Source: Spirochaetia bacterium
GTDB taxonomy: Bacteria > Spirochaetota > Spirochaetia > SZUA-6 > Bin103
DNA: 64,000 nucleotides
Direction: 5' to 3'
Assembly: GCA_965203515.1 (NCBI GenBank)
Contig: OZ241907.1
Coordinates: 1,511,379 to 1,575,378 of the forward strand
Part shown: in pieces, positions 1 through 8,922 of the stretch
Layout of the letters: every line of letters starts with the position of its first letter
Position numbering within the stretch: position 1 is the stretch's first letter
Notes under the pieces: generated by a model
What the model saw: only the letters and a program-made list of their open reading frames with translations
Told to the model about the DNA's origin: nothing
Databases searched by the model: none
Made by a program: the position numbers and the translations under genes

Positions 1-666
1 ATCCGCTACGCGGCGGTCGGCACGCTGATCTACATACTGGCCACCTCGCTGGTGGCGTACCCGCTCACCATCCGCGGCTTCTGGCTCAACAAGCCGGCCA
101 CCATGGTCTACATCCTCACGATGTTCATCTCCGGCGGCCTGATCCCGACCTACCTGCTCTATCGGACGCTCGGGCTGCTCAACACGATCTGGGTCATGGT
201 GCTGCCGGGGGCGGTCACCGTGTTCGGCGTCATCCTGTTCAGAACCAATTTCCGGCTGCTGGGCAGCGAGCTGCGCGAAGCCGCCTACATGGACGGGGCC
301 GGCGACTTCCGCGTGCTGTTCCGCATCGTCATGCCGCTCTCCAAGCCGGTCATCGCCACCTTGGCGCTGTTCCGCATCGTCGAGATCTGGAATGACTTCC
401 GCACGCCGTTCATCTTCCTGGACGACGAGCGCCTGCAGCCTTTGACGATCCTGCTGCGGCGCATGCTGATCACGCTGGAGATCACCGACATCAGCCGCGA
501 CCGCAGCCTGCAGGACCTGCTGCTGGAGGTGGAGCGCGACCCGGTGCCGATCCAGGCGTTCCGCGCCGCCACGATCATGGTGACCACGCTGCCGATCATG
601 CTGGTCTACCCGTTCATCCAGCGTTACTTCGTCAAGGGCATCCTGATCGGCTCCCTCAAGCAGTAG
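1..666 (+). CDS. Carbohydrate ABC transporter permease (MalG/BPD_transp_1), 5'-truncated by window edge
   Basis: Open frame from base 1; EAA loop 'ELREAAYMDGAGDFRVLFRIVMPLSKP'; typical C-terminus 'YPFIQRYFVKGILIGSLKQ'. Confidence 0.92.
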   Translation: MRYAAVGTLIYILATSLVAYPLTIRGFWLNKPATMVYILTMFISGGLIPTYLLYRTLGLLNTIWVMVLPGAVTVFGVILFRTNFRLLGSELREAAYMDGAGDFRVLFRIVMPLSKPVIATLALFRIVEIWNDFRTPFIFLDDERLQPLTILLRRMLITLEITDISRDRSLQDLLLEVERDPVPIQAFRAATIMVTTLPIMLVYPFIQRYFVKGILIGSLKQ

Positions 667-671
667 CGAAG

Positions 672-2660
672 ATGGCGCCCCCTCACCCCGCGATCTTCCT
701 GGGCGCCGAGCCCGCACCGGGCCGCCGGTCGTTGGACCAGCTCCGCGCCGCGATCGCCAGCGACTTCGGAGGGCGTCTCTGGAGGCGGGTCCATCAGGGG
801 GCGCAGGACGCCGTCGGCACCGATCCGCTGCTGCCCGGCACGGCGCTTCCCGGCCGCCCGGCCGAGCAGATCGAGCACGCCAACGCGGACAACTCGATCT
901 GCCAGGCGGTGGTGCGCCGGCTGCTGCGCGCCGCGCTGGTGTTCCTGCTCACCGGACAGGAGCGCTTCCGCCAGGACGCGCTGGCGCAGATGGAAGCGCT
1001 GTTCGACCCAAAGCGCTGGCCGCAGTGGCTGGACTTCGCTCACGAGATGTTCAGGGCCGATCTCCGCACCGGCCAGCTCGGCGCGGCCGTGGCGTTGACC
1101 TACGACTGGCTGTACCCGCAGCTGAGCGCGGCCGAGCGGGCGGCGATCGTCGAAGGGCTCGACCGGTGCGCCATCCGCCCCTACCTGGCCACCGCCAGGA
1201 CCGGGCCGCACTGGCTCACGCGGCCGAGCAACTGGATGACGGTCGTGGTCGGCGGGCTCGGCATCGCCGGGATGGTGCTCGGCGCCGACCACGACCGATC
1301 CGATCTCCTGGTGGAGATGGCGCAGCCGCGCATGCAGCGCTACCTGAGCGTCATCGGGCCGCACGGCGAGTTCAACGAATCGGTGGGCTACGCCTCCTCC
1401 CTGCACTATCCGGTCCGGTACTTCGCCGCGCGCTGCGCGGTCACCGGCGGTCAGGAGGACCGGCTGGCCGGCCGGCCGTTTCCGCACGCGTGCCGCTGGC
1501 TGATGCATGCCACCGCGCCGCCGGGACACACCGTCCCGTTCGGCGACTCCCACCGGCAGGCGCCGCTCTCGATCGGCTACTTCGCGCCGGTCGCCGCGGC
1601 GGCCCGCGACCGGATGCTGCAGTGGTTCCTGGAGACCTACGGGATCGTCCGCGATCCGGCCGACCTCTCGCACGTCGACGCGCTCGATCTGCTGTGGTAC
1701 GACCCGACGCTGGCCGCCGCGCCGCCCGACGGAGCCGCCGACGGCCAGGACCGGCTCCCGCTCGGCGCCGCCTTCCCCGGCTGGGGCGGCCTGGTGGCCA
1801 GCCGCTCGAGCTGGACCGACGCGGACGCCGTGGCCGTGCACGGCAAGGCCGGCCGCGAGCCGATTCACGAGCACCTGGACGACGGCCAGCTCATCGTCCA
1901 CGCCGGCGGCGCGCCGCTGATCGTCGATCCGGGCTCTCCGTCGTCCTATCCGGCCGACTTCTTCGGCGAGCACCGGGCGCGCTACTACAACGCCGGCGTC
2001 GCCGGCCACAACCTGCTGCAGATCGGCGGGCGAGAGATGCGGATCGAGAAGCCGCGCGCCGGCAGCTTCCTGCACGCCGCCTTCGGCGAGCACGGCGCCG
2101 CGTGGTCGATCGACCTGACCGGCGCCTACCGCGGCGTGCTGCGGGTGACCAGGAGCGTGATCCATCTGCTCCCCGACCTGGTGGCGGTCCTCGATGCATG
2201 CGATCTGGCGAGCGCCGAGCCGGTGATCTTGCGCTGGCACACCGCCGACCGCGCCGCGATCGACGCCGCCGGCAGCTTCCGCGTGGAGGCGGCCGGCCCG
2301 CGCGGCCCGGTCCGCCTGTTCGGGCAGATATGCCCGCTGTCGGGCGCCACCGCCGCGTTCCGGCGGGGCGAGCACCGGTACCGCCCGCCGTACGATCGCA
2401 CCCGGCTCGACGAACCGTTGGAGCAGCGCCGCGAGAGCTTCGTGGCCGCCGAGACGCGCGCGAGCCGCTGCCGGCTGCTGACGCTGTTCGCCGTCGCCGG
2501 CCCCGGCGCCGCGCCGCCCGACTGGCCGCCGGAGCGCGCCGGCGACACGTGGCAGGTGCCGGTCGCCGGCGGCATCGCCGCCGTCAGCGTGGATGCGGAG
2601 GCGCTGACCGCCTCCGCCGCCGGCCGCACGGTGCGGCTGCCGTTGGCCGTATCCGTATGA
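672..2660 (+). CDS. Heparinase II/III-family polysaccharide lyase-like protein (alpha/alpha toroid + beta-sandwich)
   Basis: 'HEHLDDGQLIVHAGGAPLIVDPG..Y' and 'GHNLLQIGG' motifs; N-terminal 'SNWMTVVVGGLG', 'GEFNESVGY'; no signal peptide seen. Confidence 0.8.
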   Translation: MAPPHPAIFLGAEPAPGRRSLDQLRAAIASDFGGRLWRRVHQGAQDAVGTDPLLPGTALPGRPAEQIEHANADNSICQAVVRRLLRAALVFLLTGQERFRQDALAQMEALFDPKRWPQWLDFAHEMFRADLRTGQLGAAVALTYDWLYPQLSAAERAAIVEGLDRCAIRPYLATARTGPHWLTRPSNWMTVVVGGLGIAGMVLGADHDRSDLLVEMAQPRMQRYLSVIGPHGEFNESVGYASSLHYPVRYFAARCAVTGGQEDRLAGRPFPHACRWLMHATAPPGHTVPFGDSHRQAPLSIGYFAPVAAAARDRMLQWFLETYGIVRDPADLSHVDALDLLWYDPTLAAAPPDGAADGQDRLPLGAAFPGWGGLVASRSSWTDADAVAVHGKAGREPIHEHLDDGQLIVHAGGAPLIVDPGSPSSYPADFFGEHRARYYNAGVAGHNLLQIGGREMRIEKPRAGSFLHAAFGEHGAAWSIDLTGAYRGVLRVTRSVIHLLPDLVAVLDACDLASAEPVILRWHTADRAAIDAAGSFRVEAAGPRGPVRLFGQICPLSGATAAFRRGEHRYRPPYDRTRLDEPLEQRRESFVAAETRASRCRLLTLFAVAGPGAAPPDWPPERAGDTWQVPVAGGIAAVSVDAEALTASAAGRTVRLPLAVSV

Positions 2661-2690
2661 ACCGGCCGTGCGGTGCGGATCGAGCCGGCG

Positions 2691-3251
2691 CTACGAGCGC
2701 GGCCGCTGGTTCTCCATCCTCGCCAGAATGTCGCGGATCTCGGCCAGCAGCTCGGCAGCGCCTTCCACCTTTTGGGGGGCACCGGCGGTCTCTTCACCAC
2801 CGCCGACCGCCTTCTGCCGCTGGAGCAGGACCGCGTTGCGGAACTCGACCACGCCGGTGACCCCGACCAGCTTGCCTTCGCTCGAGTTCTCGCTCGACTG
2901 CCCCGCCGTCTCCACCCGCAGACCGCGCAGCTTGTAGGCGCGCATGAGCGGCCCGTCGTACAGGCGAACGTCGGTGATCCGATTGAGCGGGATCGTCGCC
3001 TCCGAGCGGAAGAAGACGCCCTTCTTGACCTCCAGGGCCTGCGACGTGAGCCGGGCGGAGAGACGCTCTACGTACGCCGGCACGTACCAGAGGCTGAACA
3101 GGAGCCAGAACGGTATGAACGGGATGCCGACGACCGTGACCGCCAGGAAGGCCGACCCCACCCAGCGGACGTAGCATCCGACGGCTCGCTCGAACTGCGC
3201 TTCGCGAAGCGTCTCACCGGTCACGTCGGCCGGATCGTTCATGTCTGCCAT
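2691..3251 (-). CDS. Membrane protein with bacterial PH domain (YdbS/bPH_2-like)
   Basis: Two N-terminal hydrophobic segments, then 'KKGVFFRSEATIPLNRITDVRLYDGPLMRAYKLRGLRVETAG'; ATG at 3251 preceded by AGGA. Confidence 0.75.
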   Translation of the reverse strand: MADMNDPADVTGETLREAQFERAVGCYVRWVGSAFLAVTVVGIPFIPFWLLFSLWYVPAYVERLSARLTSQALEVKKGVFFRSEATIPLNRITDVRLYDGPLMRAYKLRGLRVETAGQSSENSSEGKLVGVTGVVEFRNAVLLQRQKAVGGGEETAGAPQKVEGAAELLAEIRDILARMENQRPRS

Positions 3252-3343
3252 AGCTTCCTGACGTTCAGGTTGGACCGGTCCCGCGCGCGTCGTCAACCGT
3301 CCGTCATGCAGTGTAGCCGCGCGCGACCGCTCCATTTCGCATG

Positions 3344-3372
3344 TTGACGTGCGGACTGCAAGGACACATGCT
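3344..3372 (+). promoter_or_regulatory. Putative sigma70 promoter of the TA operon (TTGACG-17-CATGCT), ATG 6 nt downstream
   Basis: TTGACG 3344-3349, CATGCT 3367-3372, ATG at 3379. Confidence 0.45.
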
Positions 3373-3378
3373 CGATAC

Positions 3379-3609
3379 ATGCATCGGATGATCCAGATCC
3401 GCAACGTACCCGAGCCGCTCCACCGCACGCTCAAGGCGCGCGCCGCCATGGCCGGGATGCCGCTCTCCGCCTATCTGCTCCATCAGATAGCCGTGCTGGC
3501 ATCGGTGCCGACGCCGCAGGAGATGACCGCTCGGCTCAAACGGCTCGACCCGGTAACGCCTCAGGAGACCGCCGCCGAAGCGTTGCGCCGGACGCGCGAC
3601 GAGCGGTGA
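3379..3609 (+). CDS. vapB: Ribbon-helix-helix antitoxin (FitA/VapB-like)
   Basis: 'MIQIRNVPEPLHRTLKARAAMAGMPLSAYL' RHH signature; GTGA overlap with PIN gene. Confidence 0.85.
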   Translation: MHRMIQIRNVPEPLHRTLKARAAMAGMPLSAYLLHQIAVLASVPTPQEMTARLKRLDPVTPQETAAEALRRTRDER

Positions 3610-4043
3610 TCCCAGCCGATTCCTCGACCCCGGTCGCTTCGACTCCGCTCTCGATCGTGGTAGATGCCTCCGCCATAGTGGAGATGCTGCTGCGCACCGA
3701 GGCGGGGATTCGGGTCACGCCGCGGATCCAGACCACGGCTCACGCCGTCCACGGTCCTCATCTGCTCGACGCGGAAGTCACGCACGTGGTGCGCCGATAC
3801 CAGTTGGCCGGCACGATCGACGCGGCGCGCGGCGCGGAGATGGTGGACATCCTGCGCGGCCTCGGCATCTACCGGCACGATCACCGGCCGCTTCTGCGCC
3901 GGGTCTGGGAGCTGCGCCACAGCGTCGGCGCCTATGACGCGCTGTACGTGGCGCTGGCGGAGGCACTCGACGCACCGCTGCTGACCGCCGATGAGCGGCT
4001 CGCCTCCACGCACGGCCATCGGGCGATGGTGGAGACGATCTGA
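3606..4043 (+). CDS. vapC: PIN-domain toxin (VapC family)
   Basis: 'IVVDASAIVE', 'LLDAEV', 'AYDALYVALAEALDAPLLTADERL' acidic PIN motifs. Confidence 0.9.
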   Translation: MIPADSSTPVASTPLSIVVDASAIVEMLLRTEAGIRVTPRIQTTAHAVHGPHLLDAEVTHVVRRYQLAGTIDAARGAEMVDILRGLGIYRHDHRPLLRRVWELRHSVGAYDALYVALAEALDAPLLTADERLASTHGHRAMVETI

Positions 4044-4075
4044 CGCGGCGGCGCGGAGGCGTCCGGCCGGCGCGT

Positions 4076-5317
4076 TCAGCCGCGTTCGACCGCGATCCGG
4101 TACACCATGTTGTCGGCCTCGAACGGGTTGACCCGCGCATAGAAGCGCGGCAGGTAGAGCAGGATGTCGCCGCTGCCGCGCTCCTCGCGGGCGTAGAAGT
4201 TGGACAGCGTGAGGCGTTCGGGCTCGCCCGGCTGCCGATCGTCGATGGCGGTGATCGTGTCGCGTCGAAGCAGGCCGCTGCCGCGATCGACCTCCGCGAT
4301 CACGATCGGATAACGCGGGCTGTTGCCGCGCGGATTGCCCTTGCACAGATTGCCGAGCCAGAACAGCCGGCCGTCGGTGTGATCGAGAAGCTGCGAGCAG
4401 GCGCTGGGCGAATGGAGCGGCACGCCGGCGGTATCGGTCCACGGCCGCACCGCGCCGAACGTCCAGCCGCAGTCCTCGGAGATCGCGTACCAGCGGTAGC
4501 CCGGCAGCTCCGGCCGCACGTCGTTGGAGCCGCGCATCACCGCCAGCAGGCGGCCCGGCGACAGCTCGGCGATCGTGGCCTCCAGAAAGCCGCGCGTGGA
4601 CCTGAGCGGATCGCCGATGATCCGCTCTGACATCTGCCAGCGGAGGCGCGGCCCGCCGTCGATCCAGCGCCCATGCAGCACCGCCGTATCGTGGAACGTG
4701 AACCCGCCGCCCTTGTTGTGAAAGGCGCCGTCCGGCCCCACCGGGCAGATCTGGCACGGCACCAGGATGTCGCCGGCATCGCGTCCGCCGCGCAGCGTCA
4801 TCGGCACGCAGGTCAGGTCGCCCAGCATCACGCCGGCCCGACCTCGCCACACGCCCGGCAGCGGGTGATCGGCGTCGAACGGCGCGCCGTCGGCGTCGCT
4901 GCCGGCATGGACCAACGGCTCGTCGACCACGTCGGTCCGCCCGCCGTCCTCGGATACCGCGTAGTGCAGCATCCACTGCCGCATGCCCTCCAGCGGCTCG
5001 TCGGTCGGCAGCACGCCCTCCACCCGCACGGTGACGTAACGATCGGTGGCCGCGTCCACGGTGCCGGCGCGCGGATAGCGCCGCCACGTGCCGCCCGCGC
5101 GCCGTTCGCCGGTGACGACCTCGGTGGCCGCTCCCCAGGTGGCGCCGCCGTCGGAGGAGCGGCGGTAGACGGCGAGATCGGCGGTGTCCGAGCGGGTGTG
5201 GTACGTGTGGACGCTGACCAATTCGTGACCGGCGGCCCGCGTGTAGTAGGCGCCGCCGGCCACCCCGACGCCGGGGCCGGGGGACGGCACGAAGACCTCT
5301 TTGGAGACGACCCTCAT
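4076..5317 (-). CDS. Sialidase-like/BNR (Asp-box) beta-propeller protein
   Basis: Asp-boxes 'SSDGGATW', 'SEDGGRT', 'SEDCGWTF'; no signal peptide seen. Confidence 0.75.
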   Translation of the reverse strand: MRVVSKEVFVPSPGPGVGVAGGAYYTRAAGHELVSVHTYHTRSDTADLAVYRRSSDGGATWGAATEVVTGERRAGGTWRRYPRAGTVDAATDRYVTVRVEGVLPTDEPLEGMRQWMLHYAVSEDGGRTDVVDEPLVHAGSDADGAPFDADHPLPGVWRGRAGVMLGDLTCVPMTLRGGRDAGDILVPCQICPVGPDGAFHNKGGGFTFHDTAVLHGRWIDGGPRLRWQMSERIIGDPLRSTRGFLEATIAELSPGRLLAVMRGSNDVRPELPGYRWYAISEDCGWTFGAVRPWTDTAGVPLHSPSACSQLLDHTDGRLFWLGNLCKGNPRGNSPRYPIVIAEVDRGSGLLRRDTITAIDDRQPGEPERLTLSNFYAREERGSGDILLYLPRFYARVNPFEADNMVYRIAVERG

Positions 5318-5377
5318 GGCATCGACTCTACGCCACCGGCCGGCACGGCGCCAGAGTGGGTGGGCGTCGTGGCTCCG

Positions 5378-6781
5378 CTATCGCGCCGGCCGATGGACGG
5401 CGGGGGTGACGCTGGCGAGCACCATGTCGCGGATCGAACGGCCGGCCGGCAGGGCGCCGACGGCGCGCGCCTGCACCAGCAGGTTGCCGATTGCGGTGGC
5501 CTCCGCAGGGCCGGCCACGACCGTGCAGCCGCACGCGTCGGCGGTGAGCCGGCAGAGCAGGGCGTTGCGCGCGCCGCCGCCGACGACGTGCAGGACCGGC
5601 AGCCGCTCGCCGACCAGCTCCTCCAGCGTGCGCAGCTTCCGCCGGTACGCCTGCGCCAGGCTCTCCAGAATCAACCGCACCGTCTCACCGCGGGTACGGG
5701 GCGCCGGCAGCCCTCGGTCCCGGCAGTGGCGGCGGATGCGGGCCGGCATGTCGCCGGTACGCCGCGCGAACGCCGGATCGTCGAAGTCCACGATCGACCG
5801 CACGGAACGGGCGGCCTCCGCCTGCCGCGTCAACTCGCCATAGCCGGCGGCGCTTCCCGCATCGCGCCACGCGCGTTCGCACTCCTGGAGGACCCACAGG
5901 CCGGTCAGGTTCTTGAGGAACCGGACGGTGCCGTCGACGCCGGCCTCGTTGGTGAAGTTCGCCCGCAAGGCGGCATCGGAGAGCAGCGGCTCGGTCCGTT
6001 CGACGCCCAGCAACGACCACGTGCCGGAGCTGACGTAAGCCCACGGCGGACCGCCGGCGTCCGCCGGCACGGCGGCCACCGCGCACGCGGTGTCGTGCGA
6101 GCAGCCGGCCACCACCGCCACCCCCTCAGCGGTGCGTCCGATCGGCATGCCCGGCGGCACGATCGGCGGCCACGTTCGCGGGGCGAGTTGCAGACGCCGG
6201 ATCAGATCGAACGCCCAATCGCCGCTGCGCACGTCCACGAGCTGGCTGGTGCTGGCGAGCGTTCGCTCGGCGACCGCGCGGCCACAGAACCGGTAGTGGA
6301 AATAGTCGGCGATCATCAGCCGCACAGCGGTTCGGGCGGTCAGCTCCGGTTCCAGGATGCGATCGGCCAGCGCCTGACAGAGGGTGTTGACCTCCATGAA
6401 CTGAACGCCGGTGACGCCGTACAGTTCGCGCCGCGGCACCTCCGCCAACGCCTGCGCCATCATCCCGGCGGTGCGCGGGTCCCGGTAGCAGTACGGGGCG
6501 CGTACCGGAACGCCGTCGCGGTCGAGCGGCACGTAATCGACCCCCCAGGAGTCGACGGACAGGCTGGCCAGCGCCGGAGCCGCGCGGCGCGCTCGCTCGT
6601 AACCGATGCGCAGCTCATCCCAGAGCGCCTGCAGGTCCCAGGTCAACCGCTCTCCGCGCTCGCGGATCGGCGTGGCAAAGCGGTGCACCTCGTCCACGCG
6701 CAGGCGGCCGCCGTCCAGCGTTCCCAGCACGGCACGGCCGCTGCCGGCGCCCAGGTCGAAGGCCAAGTGAGTGCTTGTCAT
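5378..6781 (-). CDS. rhaB: Rhamnulokinase-family FGGY sugar kinase
   Basis: 'LAFDLGAGSGR', 'DSWGVDY', 'SHDTACAV', 'SSGTWSLLG', 'NFTNEAG', 'FLKNLTGLW', 'VVGGGARN', 'GPAEATAIGN'; start taken at ATG 6781. Confidence 0.85.
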   Translation of the reverse strand: MTSTHLAFDLGAGSGRAVLGTLDGGRLRVDEVHRFATPIRERGERLTWDLQALWDELRIGYERARRAAPALASLSVDSWGVDYVPLDRDGVPVRAPYCYRDPRTAGMMAQALAEVPRRELYGVTGVQFMEVNTLCQALADRILEPELTARTAVRLMIADYFHYRFCGRAVAERTLASTSQLVDVRSGDWAFDLIRRLQLAPRTWPPIVPPGMPIGRTAEGVAVVAGCSHDTACAVAAVPADAGGPPWAYVSSGTWSLLGVERTEPLLSDAALRANFTNEAGVDGTVRFLKNLTGLWVLQECERAWRDAGSAAGYGELTRQAEAARSVRSIVDFDDPAFARRTGDMPARIRRHCRDRGLPAPRTRGETVRLILESLAQAYRRKLRTLEELVGERLPVLHVVGGGARNALLCRLTADACGCTVVAGPAEATAIGNLLVQARAVGALPAGRSIRDMVLASVTPAVHRPAR

Positions 6782-6851
6782 TCGAAGCGGTTGGAATCCA
6801 GGCTCCAAGGTACCGTGCACGAGGAATCTCGACACGGCGCGGGCTCAACGC

Positions 6852-7382
6852 TCAACGGCGCGCTCTTCTGAGCTTCGGGTACTCCTGACAAGCCTCTCTC
6901 AGTGACGGCGGCGCCGAAGGATCAAGCCGTTGTCGCTCGTGGCACATTCGATACAGCTCGTCTGCGAGCGGATGGCAGTCACGCTCCCTCTTGAACTTCC
7001 GGTAGCTCTGCGTCTCGTCGACGTCCGCGTCCCCACGGAGATAGGCGAACCATGTTTCGATATTTCGCTTCGGGACGATGATCATTACCGGATCATCCGG
7101 CGCTGTGGGGGAAACGCCCTTGCTCTTGCACTCGTCGTTCAACTGCGATCTCCTGAACGCCGTCGAATTGACGTCAGCATCGATGACCACGACGAGAACC
7201 GCCTTCTTTCTGCCACGAATGGCCTTCAGTTCATGTGGATAGCGCTTTCGAACCCACTTTTCTCCGGACCCTTCAACCAGAGGAAGTGTCAGGATGTCGT
7301 GAAATTTGCGTTTCCGCAAGAAACGACGGACGAAGCAATCCGTCTGTGAATCTTCGCAGAGCAAGACTATGCTCGCGCTCAT
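6852..7382 (-). CDS. Hypothetical protein with TOPRIM-like acidic motifs (DUF4276/RloB/DUF4435-like partner of ABC ATPase)
   Basis: 'IVLLCED', 'VVVIDAD', 'PKRNIETW'; ATGA overlap with ATPase; visibly AT-richer than flanks. Confidence 0.6.
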   Translation of the reverse strand: MSASIVLLCEDSQTDCFVRRFLRKRKFHDILTLPLVEGSGEKWVRKRYPHELKAIRGRKKAVLVVVIDADVNSTAFRRSQLNDECKSKGVSPTAPDDPVMIIVPKRNIETWFAYLRGDADVDETQSYRKFKRERDCHPLADELYRMCHERQRLDPSAPPSLREACQEYPKLRRARR

Positions 7383-8482
7383 TCATCCCAGCCGCGGGCG
7401 ATCGTCTCCGAAATCGTCAGTCCGTCCACCGTGGCTGCCGGTTCTTTGCTGACGCGTACCGGACCGTCTCCTTCGCGATAGAACCACCGGCCGTGGGCTC
7501 CTGCCATGTAGTCGATGGTCACCGGATGATGGGAAACCACGACGATCTGCTCCAGCGACGTACCGCAACGCTCATTGGCCTGCGCCAGCCAGGGCTGAAT
7601 CTCCCGCAGCGAGAGGTAGTTGTCGGGTTCGTCGATGAACAGCGAAGCCCGGCGATCTTCCACCAGTATGATCAGGCTGTACAAAGCGATCAACGCCCGT
7701 TGACCGTCGGAGAGCTGGTCGAACCCGTAGTCGCTCGTGCCGTCTGCCGAACTGCGAAACACCGCTTTGAGGGCGCGTGATTCCTCGCCCGATTCCCGCA
7801 GTCGGACCGAATGGAAATCCGGCATCGATTCTCGCAGAGCATCGAACAACTTGCTGATGGAACCCATGTTCTCCTGAGAAAAGTGACGATACCAGCCGAC
7901 GAAGTTTTCCATCAACGGCTCTAGATGATCGTCTTCCGAACTGGTCTCCGGTTTGTAAAGAGGCGGACATGGCCTGACGATGATATAGTTCCGTATCTCC
8001 TTCTTGAATCGCGTGAGCTTGCGGTTGTCGGGGCGTGCATACAAGGCTCCGATTCCGGAAAGTGTCCAATCGAAGGGATATTCGGGACCCGACTCATAGT
8101 CGTCGTGATACAGTTGAGCTTGACCACCCCGGAACTCGAAGATCGGTCGGCCGTCGTGTGCAAGGGTCTCCTCGGCGATCCGCATTCTGTCACGCGCCCG
8201 GTCGTGCTCTACCGTCAATCCGTAATCATACGTCCGGTCATCCAGGCGGATGCGGAGTTCGAACCGCTGCTCCTTTCTGTTCCCGCTCGACGTGAGGTCG
8301 CGGGCCGGAAATACCGCGTCGACTCTTGCTCCGCGTACGATCAGGCGTTGGAGCCTGCGCAACACCGTGAGCACCGAAGTCTTGCCGGTCCCATTGGCGC
8401 CGAGGAACACATTCTCCTCGTCGAGCTCGATCTCGAAGTTGATCAGGCATCGGAAATTGTCGACATAGATCCGTTCGATCAT
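7379..8482 (-). CDS. ABC-type ATPase, AAA_21/AAA_15 (AbiEii/SMC-like) family
   Basis: 'IYVDNFRCL', Walker A 'GANGTGKT', signature 'LSDGQR', Walker B 'LFIDEPDNYL', H-loop 'VVSHHP'. Confidence 0.9.
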   Translation of the reverse strand: MIERIYVDNFRCLINFEIELDEENVFLGANGTGKTSVLTVLRRLQRLIVRGARVDAVFPARDLTSSGNRKEQRFELRIRLDDRTYDYGLTVEHDRARDRMRIAEETLAHDGRPIFEFRGGQAQLYHDDYESGPEYPFDWTLSGIGALYARPDNRKLTRFKKEIRNYIIVRPCPPLYKPETSSEDDHLEPLMENFVGWYRHFSQENMGSISKLFDALRESMPDFHSVRLRESGEESRALKAVFRSSADGTSDYGFDQLSDGQRALIALYSLIILVEDRRASLFIDEPDNYLSLREIQPWLAQANERCGTSLEQIVVVSHHPVTIDYMAGAHGRWFYREGDGPVRVSKEPAATVDGLTISETIARGWDE

Positions 8483-8531
8483 GATGGCATCACCCGTGTC
8501 GGCGTTGCATGGCGCCCGCGGCCGGAGCAGG

Positions 8532-8921
8532 TCATTCCTTGAGCGCCAGATAGATCGTGAGCTTCACGCGCGGCGCGTCGCCGCCGCTCAGGTCGCAGCG
8601 CAGGCGCAGCCAGCCGCCGAAGTGACGCAGCTCGAGCTGATAGAGGCCGGGGCCGCCCGCCCGCAGCTCGGTGACGCGCACCAGCTCGGCAGAAGGGCTT
8701 CTCCCGCGGTCTCGCAGGACCAGGCTTGGCTTGTCGCACCAATCGAGGCCGTCCGGCGAGACCTGCGCTTGGGCGCGGAGTACGGTCCCGCTGGTCAGTT
8801 CGGTCACGCGCACGAACCAGGTCGCCTCGCTCGCCCAGCCGCACTCCATCGGCTCGGTGTCGAAGCCGTGCCCGTAGGTCTCGTTCTTTTCCAGGACCGC
8901 GGTGTGAAAGCGGCGCAGCAT
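8532..8921 (-). CDS. Conserved hypothetical protein (recalled resemblance to DUF6385)
   Basis: 'FDTEPMECGWASEATWFVRV', 'QVSPDGLDW', 'FGGWLRL'; GC-typical codon use; 1 nt after upstream stop. Confidence 0.55.
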   Translation of the reverse strand: MLRRFHTAVLEKNETYGHGFDTEPMECGWASEATWFVRVTELTSGTVLRAQAQVSPDGLDWCDKPSLVLRDRGRSPSAELVRVTELRAGGPGLYQLELRHFGGWLRLRCDLSGGDAPRVKLTIYLALKE

Positions 8922-8922
8922 C

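Noticed and set aside
6830-8501. 8-bp inverted repeat (CGACACGG / CCGTGTCG) flanking the ATPase cassette
   Set aside because: Too short for significance in GC-rich DNA; no target duplication or transposase
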